Origin: Bacilli bacterium
GTDB taxonomy: Bacteria > Bacillota_I > Bacilli_A > RF39 > UBA660
Direction: 5' to 3'
Length of the DNA: 64,000 nt
NCBI GenBank assembly: GCA_017459965.1
Contig: JAFUBW010000014.1
Span: 199,174 to 263,173, forward strand
Shown piece after piece: positions 30,814-43,847 of the stretch (position 1 is its first letter; each line of letters begins with the position of its first letter). The position numbers and the translations under genes were made by a program. The notes under the pieces were generated by a model. It was not told the origin of the DNA. It made no database searches and was given only the letters and a program-made list of their open reading frames with translations.

Positions 30814-31575
30814 TTAGTCAAGATTACTTCTAAATGTTTTTAAACTAGTTAAAAATGTAATATCTTTTTGTAAATCTTCATCTGTATATTTATTTTCATT
30901 TACTGGTATATCTTCTAAGTCAATAAATTCATCTATTTCTTTTTTTTCTTGATTTTGTTTTTTTATTCCATATATAGGAGATATTACTTGAGATGCTTTA
31001 AATTTTTTTGAATTATCACTTTTTATCTCTATTTTATCTTCTTTTACTTCTTCATTAATAGTTGCTTTTTCTGTTTTATAAATTATTTTTTTAGCACCTG
31101 CTTTTCTAACAAGTTCATCATAACTTATAATTGCATTTTTTTCTTCTTCTTCTTCAAACTTTGTTAAATCTATTGGTTTTGGATTATTAATATTATCCTC
31201 TAAAAGATTTGCAATTTTATCAATTGAATTATTATCAGAAACTACTTCTATAATTTCTGGATCTTCCATTACTTCAATATCTTCATTAACAGCTTCTATG
31301 AATTTTTCTTGTTTTTGTTTTTTCTTTTCAACAACTATATTTTTTATACTATCTTCTTTATTATTTTTAATTTGTTTATTCATAGTTTTTGTATATCTAT
31401 CAATCGGATTAAACATTTTATCATATTTTTCGTTTCTTTTTTTTGTAATATGATTAATAATAAAAATTGAAACTAACATAAGTGCGACTAATATAATTAA
31501 AAACAAGAGTATTTGACTACTATTATCCATTTGTGAATACATATAAAAAATATTATCTAACATCATATTAATCAC
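30814..31575 (-). CDS. hypothetical membrane-anchored acidic protein
   Basis: One N-terminal TM helix followed by a K/E-rich, probably coiled region. 253 aa. Confidence 0.45.
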   Translation of the reverse strand: MINMMLDNIFYMYSQMDNSSQILLFLIILVALMLVSIFIINHITKKRNEKYDKMFNPIDRYTKTMNKQIKNNKEDSIKNIVVEKKKQKQEKFIEAVNEDIEVMEDPEIIEVVSDNNSIDKIANLLEDNINNPKPIDLTKFEEEEEKNAIISYDELVRKAGAKKIIYKTEKATINEEVKEDKIEIKSDNSKKFKASQVISPIYGIKKQNQEKKEIDEFIDLEDIPVNENKYTDEDLQKDITFLTSLKTFRSNLD

Positions 31576-32278
31576 CTTCTAGTTCATATTTTATAGCACT
31601 CATAATAAACATTGGAGCTGTTTCACATCTTAAAATAGTATTGCCAAATGTTACTCCTTCATATCCATTATCAAGCAAAAATTTTTCTTCATTTTCAGTA
31701 AGTCCGCCTTCAGGACCAACCACTATAATAATCTTATCATAATTTGTCGAATTTTGTAATATATTTTTCATAGTTTTTTTAACTTTTTTTGTTGATGCGA
31801 CTAGTGATATATCATAATCTAATTTTATTAAATCTTCCAATTCCTTTATAGCATAAACCTTTGGAAGCATATTTCTAAACGATTGTTCGGCTGCTTCTTT
31901 AATTATTAAATTCCATCTTTCTAATTTTTTATCTAATTTATCAGTTATTTTTACTTTACTTCTTTCACAATTATAAATTATAAAATCATATATACCTAGT
32001 TCGGTACATTTTTGAAATATAAAATCTAATTTTTTTTCTGTTACAAGTGGTATAGCTATTGTTACTTTTTTAGAAAGTTCATTATTTTCATTTATTTCTT
32101 TTATTATTTTATAAGTAACATCTTTTTTTGTAATATTATCTATTTCACATAAATATACTTTTTCATCATATACTATTTCAATATTATCTGTTTTCTTCAT
32201 TCTCATAACATTTATTATATGATGTTTATCTTGAATTGTTATATTTAAATTTTTATCGATTGCGAAATATCTTTGCAT
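31568..32278 (-). CDS. rsmE: 16S rRNA (uracil1498-N3)-methyltransferase
   Basis: PUA-like N-terminus and a SPOUT C-terminus with VGPEGGLTENE and LRCETAP. Confidence 0.8.
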   Translation of the reverse strand: MQRYFAIDKNLNITIQDKHHIINVMRMKKTDNIEIVYDEKVYLCEIDNITKKDVTYKIIKEINENNELSKKVTIAIPLVTEKKLDFIFQKCTELGIYDFIIYNCERSKVKITDKLDKKLERWNLIIKEAAEQSFRNMLPKVYAIKELEDLIKLDYDISLVASTKKVKKTMKNILQNSTNYDKIIIVVGPEGGLTENEEKFLLDNGYEGVTFGNTILRCETAPMFIMSAIKYELEGD

Positions 32279-32388
32279 ATTTATACCCTCACTAGTAAAA
32301 TTATAAGATAATAAAAAAAAATAGACAAGTTATTTTACGAACAAAATAAAATCTTGACAATATTTTACTAGTAAATTTTGTCATATTT

Positions 32389-32397
32389 TGGTATACT
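32389..32397 (+). promoter_or_regulatory. extended -10 promoter element (TGgTATACT) for the AAA+ gene
   Basis: TGnTATACT lies 27 nt upstream of ATG 32425. No well-spaced -35. Confidence 0.35.
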
Positions 32398-32424
32398 AAT
32401 AATATAACTAAAGGAAGTGGATTT

Positions 32425-33429
32425 ATGAATAATAATGATAATTTAGATTTTGAACCAAATAACATATATGAAGAACCAATAATAAATGATATTGAACCAT
32501 TTGTAAGTGATGTTAATAATACACATTTTAGTATGCTTAATAGATATGGTGAAAATTTAACTAAAAAAAGGTATATTACTAATCCCGCGATTGCAAGAGA
32601 TGAAGAAATAAATAAAATGATATTAATACTACTTAGTCCAGAAAAATCAGTTGTTTTAACTGGTAAAGCTGGTATTGGTAAAACATCTATTGTAGAAGGT
32701 TTAAATTATAGAATACAAAGAAAAGAAGTTCCTAATGCTTTAATGAATACCCAAATATTTAAAATAAATACTTCTTCTCTTCTTGGAACATATAATGATG
32801 AAGGAAATGAAGAATCTAAATTACAACTTTTAATAAATGAAATTATGGGTAAAAAAGATATTATATTATTTATTGATGAAATACATTCTCTTGTTACTGC
32901 ATCTAAAAATGGTGAGGTTGATTTTTTAAATATGTTAAAACCAGGTTTAGATAGAGGTGATATTAAAGTAATTGGTGCGACAACTACTAAAGAATTTGAA
33001 GAATATTTACTTAAAGATAAAGCTTTCCTTAGAAGATTCGAAAGAATTGAAGTAGATGAACCAAATCAAGAAACAACTACTAAAATAGTATGTGGTACCT
33101 TAAGAAAAATTGAAGAAACTACAGGTGTTAAATGGCCATATACTAATTATTTACTTGAACAAGTTGTTAAATTTTTAGTAAATATGACATCTGAATATAA
33201 AAGAGTTTATGAAAATGGATCAAGATATCCAGATGTAACACTTGCCTTATTTTCTAAATGTTTTACATACGCTAAATTTGAAAATTCTGACAAAGTAACT
33301 TTTAAACATATATACCAAGCTATTAAAAATTGCAGTAGTGTATATCCTGATGTAATAAAAAAAGAAATACCTGTATTTATTGAAACTTTTAAAGAATATT
33401 TAGATAATGAAAAAGTAGAAATTAATTAA
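32425..33429 (+). CDS. standalone ClpA/ClpB D1-type AAA+ ATPase (no N-domain, M-domain or D2)
   Basis: YGENLTKK...ARDEEINKMILILL...LTGKAGIGKTSIVEGL...ILFIDEIHSLV...GDIKVIGATTTKEFEEYLLKDKAFLRRFERIEVDEP matches the D1 module of Clp/Hsp100 proteins. 334 aa. Confidence 0.7.
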   Translation: MNNNDNLDFEPNNIYEEPIINDIEPFVSDVNNTHFSMLNRYGENLTKKRYITNPAIARDEEINKMILILLSPEKSVVLTGKAGIGKTSIVEGLNYRIQRKEVPNALMNTQIFKINTSSLLGTYNDEGNEESKLQLLINEIMGKKDIILFIDEIHSLVTASKNGEVDFLNMLKPGLDRGDIKVIGATTTKEFEEYLLKDKAFLRRFERIEVDEPNQETTTKIVCGTLRKIEETTGVKWPYTNYLLEQVVKFLVNMTSEYKRVYENGSRYPDVTLALFSKCFTYAKFENSDKVTFKHIYQAIKNCSSVYPDVIKKEIPVFIETFKEYLDNEKVEIN

Positions 33430-33450
33430 TTTCTACTTTTTTATATTTTT
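33421..33450. terminator. perfect 30-nt palindromic bidirectional terminator shared by the AAA+ gene and sigE
   Basis: AAAAGTAGAAATTAA|TTAATTTCTACTTTT. It spans both convergent stop codons, with an A-run on one side and a T-run on the other. Confidence 0.55.
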
Positions 33451-34133
33451 ATTATATTACTTATTTTATTTATTACTTTCTTTTCTATTCTTGATATATA
33501 ACTTTGAGACATACCAAGAAGTTGTGCGACTTCTTTTTGAGTAAGTTCCTCATTCCCATTTAAACCATACCTTAATATTATTATTTGTTTATCTCTTTCA
33601 TTTAATTTATTTATTTCTGATAACATTATTTTTTTCATATCACTTTCTTCTATATCTTTAGTAACTATATCGGCATCTGTACCAAGTATATCTTCAAGAT
33701 GAAGTTCATTTCCCTCTGAATCAAAAGAAAGTGATTCGTCAAGTGATACATCAGCTTTTCTTTTTTTGTTTTTTCTTAAATACATAAGTATCTCATTATC
33801 TATACATCTAGATGCATATGTCGCAAGTTTTATATTTTTATCATTTTTATAAGTATTTATTCCTTTTATTAATCCAATCGTTCCAATAGATACTAAATCC
33901 TCTAAATCTATTTTAGTATTTTCATATTTCTTTGATAAAAAAACTACTAATCGTAAATTATGTTCTATAAGTATATTTCTGGCAGTCATATCTCCACTTT
34001 GAAATAATTCAACATATTTATATTCATCTTCTTTAGAAAGAGGTTCTGGAAGTATATCCGTACTTCCTAAAAAGAATACTTCATTATATTTTTTAAATAT
34101 ACTTCTTAACATCTTTTTTATTAAATTAATCAT
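33441..34133 (-). CDS. sigE: sporulation sigma factor SigE precursor (pro-sigma-E)
   Basis: Pro-sequence with GSTDILPEPLSKEDE, region 2 DLVSIGTIGLIKGI, and a region 4 HTH. Immediately downstream of spoIIGA. Confidence 0.8.
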   Translation of the reverse strand: MINLIKKMLRSIFKKYNEVFFLGSTDILPEPLSKEDEYKYVELFQSGDMTARNILIEHNLRLVVFLSKKYENTKIDLEDLVSIGTIGLIKGINTYKNDKNIKLATYASRCIDNEILMYLRKNKKRKADVSLDESLSFDSEGNELHLEDILGTDADIVTKDIEESDMKKIMLSEINKLNERDKQIIILRYGLNGNEELTQKEVAQLLGMSQSYISRIEKKVINKISNIIKI

Positions 34134-34134
34134 A

Positions 34135-34911
34135 TTATCCCTCCAATAATTTTTCGTTTAATATACAATCTACTCCATCAATATTTATATTATCTGTTAA
34201 ACCTAATAATAATTTTTTTCTTATACCTATTTTTTCTATATATATTTTATCTACTTTAATACATTTAAGTAAGTCATGAGATGAAATTGTATTATAAGGG
34301 ACAAATATATAATTCTTATTTATATTTATTTTATCTTTATCAACTAATATAATTGGCCACCCTTTATATGGATCAATTAGTTTATTTCCTGTATCTAAAA
34401 ATCCATTTAATGAAATTTTATTTTTGTTAAAATATATGTCGATTTTATAATATTTATTATAGTTAGTTTTTAATTCTTTTATATTTTTTATATAACTAAT
34501 TAATAAAAAAATTGATAAAATAATAGAAATAATAATATTAATTTTTATATTAGAATTAATAAACAATAAACCTTCGTTTATGTTAGATAAGGAATTATTA
34601 ATGAATGTTAAAAAGCCTCCTAAAATCATACTTATCAAATACATATAATATATATTTTTAAAAGTATATTTTATATTTTTATAACCAAATGAAATAATAA
34701 TCATAAAAATACTTACTATAAGTTTATACAAAAATAGTTCTATTTGATTCATTCGAATAAATAATATAATTAAAGTAAAACTTCCAAATAAAGAACCTAA
34801 TATAATTCTATATAATTTAGTATTTCTTTTTAATATTAAAGATGTAGATATAAGTATAATAAAATCAAATATTATATTACATAAGAAAATAATATCTAAA
34901 TAAACTTTCAT
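34135..34911 (-). CDS. spoIIGA: sigma-E processing peptidase SpoIIGA
   Basis: Polytopic N-terminal membrane domain and C-terminal aspartic protease motif LDTGN. Confidence 0.8.
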   Translation of the reverse strand: MKVYLDIIFLCNIIFDFIILISTSLILKRNTKLYRIILGSLFGSFTLIILFIRMNQIELFLYKLIVSIFMIIISFGYKNIKYTFKNIYYMYLISMILGGFLTFINNSLSNINEGLLFINSNIKINIIISIILSIFLLISYIKNIKELKTNYNKYYKIDIYFNKNKISLNGFLDTGNKLIDPYKGWPIILVDKDKININKNYIFVPYNTISSHDLLKCIKVDKIYIEKIGIRKKLLLGLTDNINIDGVDCILNEKLLEG

Positions 34912-34935
34912 ATCTCATCACCAATATAAGTATAA

Positions 34936-34966
34936 AAAAAACGACTTATAAATAATGTCGTTTTTT
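34936..34966 (-). terminator. hairpin after dnaJ (terminator and/or regulatory inverted repeat before spoIIGA)
   Basis: AACGAC-N11-GTCGTT followed by a U-run on the minus strand. Only 57 nt separate dnaJ and spoIIGA. Confidence 0.35.
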
Positions 34967-34968
34967 TA

Positions 34969-36114
34969 TTATTTAAATATTTTTTTAAATTTTTTTAATA
35001 TATCATTATCATCTAAATTAGTTTTAGATAATTCTTTGAATAATTCTTTTTGTTTTCTATCAAGTTTAGTAGGAGTTACTACTTTAATAATTATATATAA
35101 ATCACCAACTTTTGATGAATTTATATAAGGAACCCCTTTTCCTTTTATTCTATGTTTATCTAAATTTTGAGTCCCTTCTGGAATTGTTAAGACTATGTCT
35201 TCATCCATAATAGAAAGTTCTTTTTTACATCCAAGAGTAGCTTCAACTATATTAATTGGAAGTTCCATATAAATATCATTTTCTCTTCTTTTAAATATTG
35301 GATGTTCTTCTACTTTAAATTCTACATAAACATCTCCATTTGGTCCACCATTTAAACCTGCTTCCCCTTTTTCTTTTAATCTTATTTGATGCCCAGTATC
35401 AACACCTGCGGGTATATTAACTGATAATGTTTTTCTTACTCTTACTTTACCTTTACCCCTGCAATCAGAACATTTTTCAGAGAATACTTTACCAGAACCA
35501 TTACATTCTGGACAAGTTGTTTTTGAAACAAATGATCCAAAAAGTGTATTTTGCTGACTAGTTACGGTTCCACTTCCATGACAATTTGGACAATTTTTTT
35601 CATTAAATCCACCTTTACCATCACATTTATCACATGTTTCATATACATCTAAAGTAATATCTTTTTTACATCCATGAACTGCTTCCATAAATGATATATT
35701 CATTTGATAAAGTGAATCTTCACCTTTATATGCCCTTTGTGATTTAGATGATCTATTTCTAAATCCAAAGCCTTCACCAAACATACCAGAAAGGATATCT
35801 CCTAAATCGATATCATCAAATCCAAATGATGAAAAATCACCTGAGAATCCTCCATAACCTCCAGAACCACCAAATCCAGTATTACCATTTTGATCAAATG
35901 CAGCATGACCAAATTGATCATAAGTTTTTCTTTTCTTTTCATCTGACAATACTTCATAAGCTTCTTGAACTTCTTTAAATTTTTCAGGTGCATCTTTATC
36001 TTTATTTAAATCTGGATGATATTTTTTAGCAAGTTTTCTAAATGCACTTTTTATTTGTTTATCATCGGCATCCTTTGATACTCCAAGTACTTCATAGTAA
36101 TCTCTTTTTGCCAA
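34969..36114 (-). CDS. dnaJ: chaperone DnaJ
   Basis: J-domain with HPD, G/F-rich region, four CxxCxGxG zinc-finger repeats. Confidence 0.9.
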   Translation of the reverse strand: MAKRDYYEVLGVSKDADDKQIKSAFRKLAKKYHPDLNKDKDAPEKFKEVQEAYEVLSDEKKRKTYDQFGHAAFDQNGNTGFGGSGGYGGFSGDFSSFGFDDIDLGDILSGMFGEGFGFRNRSSKSQRAYKGEDSLYQMNISFMEAVHGCKKDITLDVYETCDKCDGKGGFNEKNCPNCHGSGTVTSQQNTLFGSFVSKTTCPECNGSGKVFSEKCSDCRGKGKVRVRKTLSVNIPAGVDTGHQIRLKEKGEAGLNGGPNGDVYVEFKVEEHPIFKRRENDIYMELPINIVEATLGCKKELSIMDEDIVLTIPEGTQNLDKHRIKGKGVPYINSSKVGDLYIIIKVVTPTKLDRKQKELFKELSKTNLDDNDILKKFKKIFK

Positions 36115-36127
36115 TTTACTTCACCTT

Positions 36128-37927
36128 CTATTCACTCAAAATTTTAAATTGATTTAATATATCTTCAAAATATTTAATAGTATCCTCAATTACTTTTTTA
36201 TCAGTCATATCAATACCTATAGTTTTAAGTTCATCAAGTGGATACATAGAGCCACCTAATGTTAAAAATTTTAAATATTTTTCTTTTATTTCATCATTAC
36301 CTTTTAATATTTCATTTGCTATATAAGTTGCTGCACATATAGAAGTAGCATATTTGTATACATAAAAGAAATAATAAAAGTGTGGTATTCTTTCCCATTC
36401 ATATTTTATTTCTTCATCTAATACTACAGAATCACCAAAATATTCTTTATTTATATTATAATATTTGTTACATAAATAATCACTTGTTAAAATTTCACCA
36501 TTTTCTACTGCTTCATATATTTCTTTTTCAAACTGTGCGAACATTGTTTGTCTAAATAATGATGCTTTATAAAGTTCTAGTAAATTATTTAATACAGATA
36601 TTTTTTCTTCTTTATCATTTGAATTATTTAAAATATAATTGGCAAGTAATAATTCATTAACTTGAGATGCGACTTCTGCAACAAATATTTTATATCCATG
36701 ATATTGGTATGGATTATTTTTACATGAATAATATGTATGCATAGAATGACCAAGTTCATGAGCAAGTGTACTTACATCATTAAGTCTACCTTCATAATTT
36801 AAAAGTAAAAATGGTTTGGTAAGATAACTACCTGAAGAATATGCTCCTCCTCTTTTACCTTTATTATTATAAACATCAATCCATCTTTCATTAAAAGCAC
36901 TTTCAAGTACTTTAATATAATCATCACCTAAAACTTTCAGTGAATCAATAACAAGTTTTTTAGCTTCTTCAAAAGTATATGTTTTATCTTTTTCATCTAT
37001 TACAGGTGTAAATATATCATATATATGAAGTTCATCTAAATTAAGTAGTTTCTTTTTATAATTATAATAATCAAATAAAGGATTTAAATTATTTGAAACA
37101 GTAGTAATTAAATTATTATATACATCAACGCTTATATTATCATCAAATAAAGCTGAAGATAATGTACTTTTATAACCACGAAGTTTTGATAAACAAACAT
37201 TAGCTTCTACATTGTTAGATAAACACTTAGATATTGTATTAGTATATTTTTTATATGTTTTATACATTGAATCAAATGCACTTTTTCTAATATTTCTATT
37301 ATTTGATGAAATATATATTGAATAATTACTATCAGTAAGCTCTATTTCTTTTCCATCTTCTAATTTAATATTGTCATATGTAAAATCTGAATTAGTAAGA
37401 AGTGAGTAAATATCTTCAGAATTATCAAATGCTTTTGTAAGATGAGATAATGCTTTTTCTACATTTTCATCTAACTTGTATTTTTTGGATCTAAATAAAT
37501 CTGATAATACAAATTCATATTCTTCCTTTAATTTTGGATAATCTTTATAAAATTCTTCTATTTTTGAATAATCATATTTCATAAGTTCTGGAATAATAAA
37601 ACTTGTTATTTTAGAATATTCACTATCTAAATTAATAACTAATCCATAATATTTTTGATATTTATTATTAGATGTATCTTCATCATTGTGTAAATGTGCA
37701 TATGAATATAATTTTTCTAATTTCATCTCAAGATTATCTGTAAGTTTAAGAGCATTATATAAATTCTCTGCCGAAGACATTATAGTTTTTGAATATTTAT
37801 CTACCTCTTTTATTTCTTCTTTTATAGATTCTAATTCTTTTAAAAATTCATCATCACTCTTGTATATACTACTTAAATCCCATTTATACTTATCATCAAT
37901 TTCACTTCTAAGTTTTTGTTTTTCCAT
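36128..37927 (-). CDS. pepF: oligoendopeptidase F (M3B)
   Basis: HELGHSMH zinc motif. 599 aa. Confidence 0.85.
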   Translation of the reverse strand: MEKQKLRSEIDDKYKWDLSSIYKSDDEFLKELESIKEEIKEVDKYSKTIMSSAENLYNALKLTDNLEMKLEKLYSYAHLHNDEDTSNNKYQKYYGLVINLDSEYSKITSFIIPELMKYDYSKIEEFYKDYPKLKEEYEFVLSDLFRSKKYKLDENVEKALSHLTKAFDNSEDIYSLLTNSDFTYDNIKLEDGKEIELTDSNYSIYISSNNRNIRKSAFDSMYKTYKKYTNTISKCLSNNVEANVCLSKLRGYKSTLSSALFDDNISVDVYNNLITTVSNNLNPLFDYYNYKKKLLNLDELHIYDIFTPVIDEKDKTYTFEEAKKLVIDSLKVLGDDYIKVLESAFNERWIDVYNNKGKRGGAYSSGSYLTKPFLLLNYEGRLNDVSTLAHELGHSMHTYYSCKNNPYQYHGYKIFVAEVASQVNELLLANYILNNSNDKEEKISVLNNLLELYKASLFRQTMFAQFEKEIYEAVENGEILTSDYLCNKYYNINKEYFGDSVVLDEEIKYEWERIPHFYYFFYVYKYATSICAATYIANEILKGNDEIKEKYLKFLTLGGSMYPLDELKTIGIDMTDKKVIEDTIKYFEDILNQFKILSE

Positions 37928-37948
37928 AGTATCTCCTTTATTTTAAAT

Positions 37949-37979
37949 TAGAAAGTTCTAGAATTATCTAGAACTTCTA
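37949..37979 (-). terminator. hairpin between dnaK and pepF (partial terminator or attenuator)
   Basis: AGAAGTTCTAGA-TAAT-TCTAGAACTTTCT. Weak U-run. Confidence 0.4.
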
Positions 37980-37980
37980 A

Positions 37981-40351
<2,371 letters not shown>

Positions 40352-40370
<19 letters not shown>

Positions 40371-41347
40371 GATTTAAGATAATCAAGAAGACTAACAACT
40401 CTATCATAATCCATTCTTTTAGGACCTATAATAGCAAGCGTTCCTTCTTCACCTTTAGCATTATACTTTGTTTTAATTACAGTTAAATCTTCATCAATAT
40501 TATTTTCTGTACCAATATAAACATTAATTCCACCATCTTCTTCTTTTATAGAAGATACTATATTTTCATCATCAAACTTATTTATTATCTTTTTAATTTT
40601 ATCTGCATTATTAGAGAATTCTTCAAGTTCTAGAATTTTATTTTTACCTTTCATAGTCATATCATCTTTATTCTTTAAATCACTAAAAGCATTATAAAAT
40701 GCATTATATATCATTTCATGATTTTGAATATATTGACCAATAATTGGTTTAATTTCATATTCTAGTTTTTCAGATACTTCATTAATTGGAGTACCTACAA
40801 TTAGTTTATTAATTAATTCAACAGTTTTTCTAATTTCTTCTAAATCAGAATTCTTTAAATCAATTTTTTTATTTTCTACATGCCCATTATCAGTTATAAC
40901 AATAGCAAGTAGATTATCAACTGAAAGTGGAACTACTTCTACTTTCTTAAGTCTTGATTCATTATTTTCTAAGTTAATTGCAGTATAATTTGTAATTTCT
41001 GATATAATTTCTAAACTTTTTTCAATAGCATCAGAAAGTACTAAAGATTTATTTTGAAATATAGTTTGAAGATTAAGCATATCTTCTCCAGTCATTTCTT
41101 TTGGTTTCATTAAATTATTTACATAATACTTATAACCATTTTCTGATGGAACTCTACCAGAAGATACATGCGTTTTTTCTAAATAACCAATATCTTCAAG
41201 CTTAGCCATCTCTGCCCTTACAGTAGCAGATGAAATATTTAATTTATCACATATTGATTTTGATCCAACTGGAACTGGTACTTTACTATATTCTTCAATT
41301 ATCAGTTTTAATATTTCATTTTGTCTATTACTTAGCAATATCATCAC
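40352..41347 (-). CDS. hrcA: heat-inducible transcription repressor HrcA
   Basis: N-terminal wHTH (LSNRQNEILKLII...GSKSI). 331 aa. Sits upstream of grpE-dnaK. Confidence 0.85.
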
Positions 41348-41385
41348 CTCTAATCATCAAATACAACTCCATTATAACACTAATT

Positions 41386-41412
41386 TTAGCAATGTCAATA
41401 GTTGAGTGCTAA
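41386..41412 (-). promoter_or_regulatory. CIRCE operator (HrcA binding site)
   Basis: TTAGCAATG-N9-GAGTGCTAA matches the consensus TTAGCACTC-N9-GAGTGCTAA. Located between the lepA terminator and hrcA. Confidence 0.8.
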
Positions 41413-41448
41413 TTTTTAAATTATTTACATAAAAAAAAGAAGAATATT

Positions 41449-43242
41449 TTATTCTTCTACACTTAAGACAGATAAGAAAGCCTCTGGTGGAAGCTCTACA
41501 CTTCCAATAGTTTTCATTTTCTTTTTTCCTTCTTTTTGTTTTTCTAGTAATTTTCTTTTTCTAGAGATGTCTCCTCCATAACATTTAGCAAGTACATTTT
41601 TTCTATTTGCTTTTATGTCACATCTTGCGATTGCTTTTCCATTAACAAATGCTTGTATTGGAACTTCAAATAATTGTCTTGGTATTATTTCTTTTAATTT
41701 TTCTACAGTAGCTCTTCCTCTTGAATAAGCATTTTCTTTATGTGTAATAATTGAAAATGCATCTACTATTTCACCATTTAATAATATATCCATTTTTACT
41801 AAATCACTTTGTTTATATCCTATGAATTCATAATCAAAAGAAGCATATCCTTTTGTATATGATTTTAATTTATCAAAGAAATCATATACTATTTCAGATA
41901 GTGGAAGTTCATAATGTAAATTAACTCTTGTTTTATTTATGTAATCCATATTTATAAAATTTCCTCTTTTGTTTTGACATAGTTCCATAATTGGACCTAT
42001 AAATTCTGTTGGAGTAAATATATTTGTTTTTATATATGGTTCTTCTATTTTACTAATTAAACCTCTTTCTGGAAGTGAACTTGGATTATCTACTTCAATT
42101 ATTTCATTATTTGTTTTTAATACTTTATATATAACAGATGGTGCGGTTAATATAATATCTAAGTTAAATTCTCTTTCTAATCTTTCTTTTATTATATCCA
42201 TATGAAGAAGTCCTAAGAAACCACATCTAAATCCAAAACCAAGTGCCTTTGATGTTTCAGGTTCAAAACTAAGTGATGCATCATTTAATTTTAATTTTTC
42301 TAAAGCATCTCTTAAATCATTATATTTATTTGTTTCTATTGGATATATACCTGAATATACCATAGGTTTTATTTCTTTATAACCAGGTAGTGCTTCTACA
42401 TTATCATTATCATTTAATACAATTGTATCACCTATTTTAACAGATGATATATTTTTTATTGATGCGCATATATATCCTACATCTCCTGAAGATAATTCAT
42501 TTAATTTTAATGTTTTTGGAGTATTTACTCCAATTTCTGTTACATCATATATATCATTTGTAGATTTAAATTTAATTTTATCTCCTACTTTTATTTTTCC
42601 ATCAACTATTCTTGTTTGTATAATAACACCTTTATAAGAATCAAATATACTATCGAATATAAGTGCCCTAAGTGGTTTATTTATATCACCTTTTGGATAT
42701 GGTACTTTTTCTATAATAGTATCAAGTAGTTTATCTACACCTTCACCTGTTTTACCAGATGTAAGTATTATTTCATCTTTTTCAAAACCAAATACTTCAT
42801 TTAATTCTTCTATTCTTTTATCAATATCAGCATTTGGTAAATCTATTTTATTAATAACTGGTATTATTGTTAAATCATTTTCTAAAGCTAAATAAGAATT
42901 AGCAAGTGTTTGCGCTTCTATTCCTTGTGTGGCATCCACAACTAAAATAGCACCTTCACAAGCTGCGAGTGATCTAGATACTTCATAAGTAAAATCTACA
43001 TGACCTGGTGTATCTATTAAATGAAGAGTATAACCTTTGTAATCTAATTTAACTGCATTTAATTTAATGGTAATACCTCTTTCTCTTTCAAGATCCATAC
43101 TATCAAGCATTTGATCTTTACTTTCTCTTTTTGATACTGCGCCTGTTATTTCAAGCATTCTATCTGCTAAAGTACTTTTACCATGATCTATATGAGCAAT
43201 TATCGAAAAATTTCTTATTTTTTCTTGATTCATGTAATTCAC
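41449..43242 (-). CDS. lepA: elongation factor 4 (LepA)
   Basis: GTPase G1-G4 ([17 protein letters not shown]). LepA-specific C-terminal domain. 597 aa. Confidence 0.9.
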   Translation of the reverse strand: MNYMNQEKIRNFSIIAHIDHGKSTLADRMLEITGAVSKRESKDQMLDSMDLERERGITIKLNAVKLDYKGYTLHLIDTPGHVDFTYEVSRSLAACEGAILVVDATQGIEAQTLANSYLALENDLTIIPVINKIDLPNADIDKRIEELNEVFGFEKDEIILTSGKTGEGVDKLLDTIIEKVPYPKGDINKPLRALIFDSIFDSYKGVIIQTRIVDGKIKVGDKIKFKSTNDIYDVTEIGVNTPKTLKLNELSSGDVGYICASIKNISSVKIGDTIVLNDNDNVEALPGYKEIKPMVYSGIYPIETNKYNDLRDALEKLKLNDASLSFEPETSKALGFGFRCGFLGLLHMDIIKERLEREFNLDIILTAPSVIYKVLKTNNEIIEVDNPSSLPERGLISKIEEPYIKTNIFTPTEFIGPIMELCQNKRGNFINMDYINKTRVNLHYELPLSEIVYDFFDKLKSYTKGYASFDYEFIGYKQSDLVKMDILLNGEIVDAFSIITHKENAYSRGRATVEKLKEIIPRQLFEVPIQAFVNGKAIARCDIKANRKNVLAKCYGGDISRKRKLLEKQKEGKKKMKTIGSVELPPEAFLSVLSVEE

Positions 43243-43277
43243 CTATAAAACATTATACACTATTTTTATTTTTTTTA

Positions 43278-43808
43278 CTATAACTGCTTTACATTATAAT
43301 TTGTATATAATTCATAATGATCAAAGTCCATATCATTTGGAAAAACAATATGTGTTACAAAGTTCCCAGTAGATGCATCAAATGCAACTTCCAATGATTT
43401 TGTATTTATATTTTCTCTTATAGAGTTTTCTTTTAGTTCTTTTTGATCAAATGGTTTAAAATTAGAATAATTTTTAAACATACTATCAAGTTGATCACAT
43501 ATTTTATATATTTTTTCACTATTATAATAATAAGCATGTCCACCTGGTATTATCATATATTTTATCTGTTTATTAATTAAATTATTTTCGTCTAACATCA
43601 TTACTATATTTGAAAAAATATTATTTGCTTCTTCTTCATAAATTGAACCAGATAAATTTGAATAAAAATGTCCTAAAGCTGCAATTTTATCAAATTCATC
43701 ATATAATAATACCCCAATACAAGTGGCAAGTGCGCTTGTACAAATTATAGTTTTATCATCATTTGTAATACCAAAATCATTTATATTTACTATTACTGCA
43801 TTATTCAA
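43278..43808 (-). CDS. CheD-like (chemoreceptor glutamine deamidase family) protein, orphan
   Basis: TSALATCIGVLLYD...KIAALGHF matches the CheD Cys/His active-site pattern (LGSCVAV...GMAHV). Inserted between lepA and yqxA. Confidence 0.4.
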   Translation of the reverse strand: MNNAVIVNINDFGITNDDKTIICTSALATCIGVLLYDEFDKIAALGHFYSNLSGSIYEEEANNIFSNIVMMLDENNLINKQIKYMIIPGGHAYYYNSEKIYKICDQLDSMFKNYSNFKPFDQKELKENSIRENINTKSLEVAFDASTGNFVTHIVFPNDMDFDHYELYTNYNVKQL

Positions 43809-43847
43809 TTTATCACTTCCTTATTATAATTATAATATATTTTTTTA

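Noticed and set aside
32354-32359. TTGACA hexamer upstream of the AAA+ gene as a -35 box
   Set aside because: It lies 32 nt from the TATACT -10, which is too far. The extended -10 (TGgTATACT) alone is the more plausible promoter.
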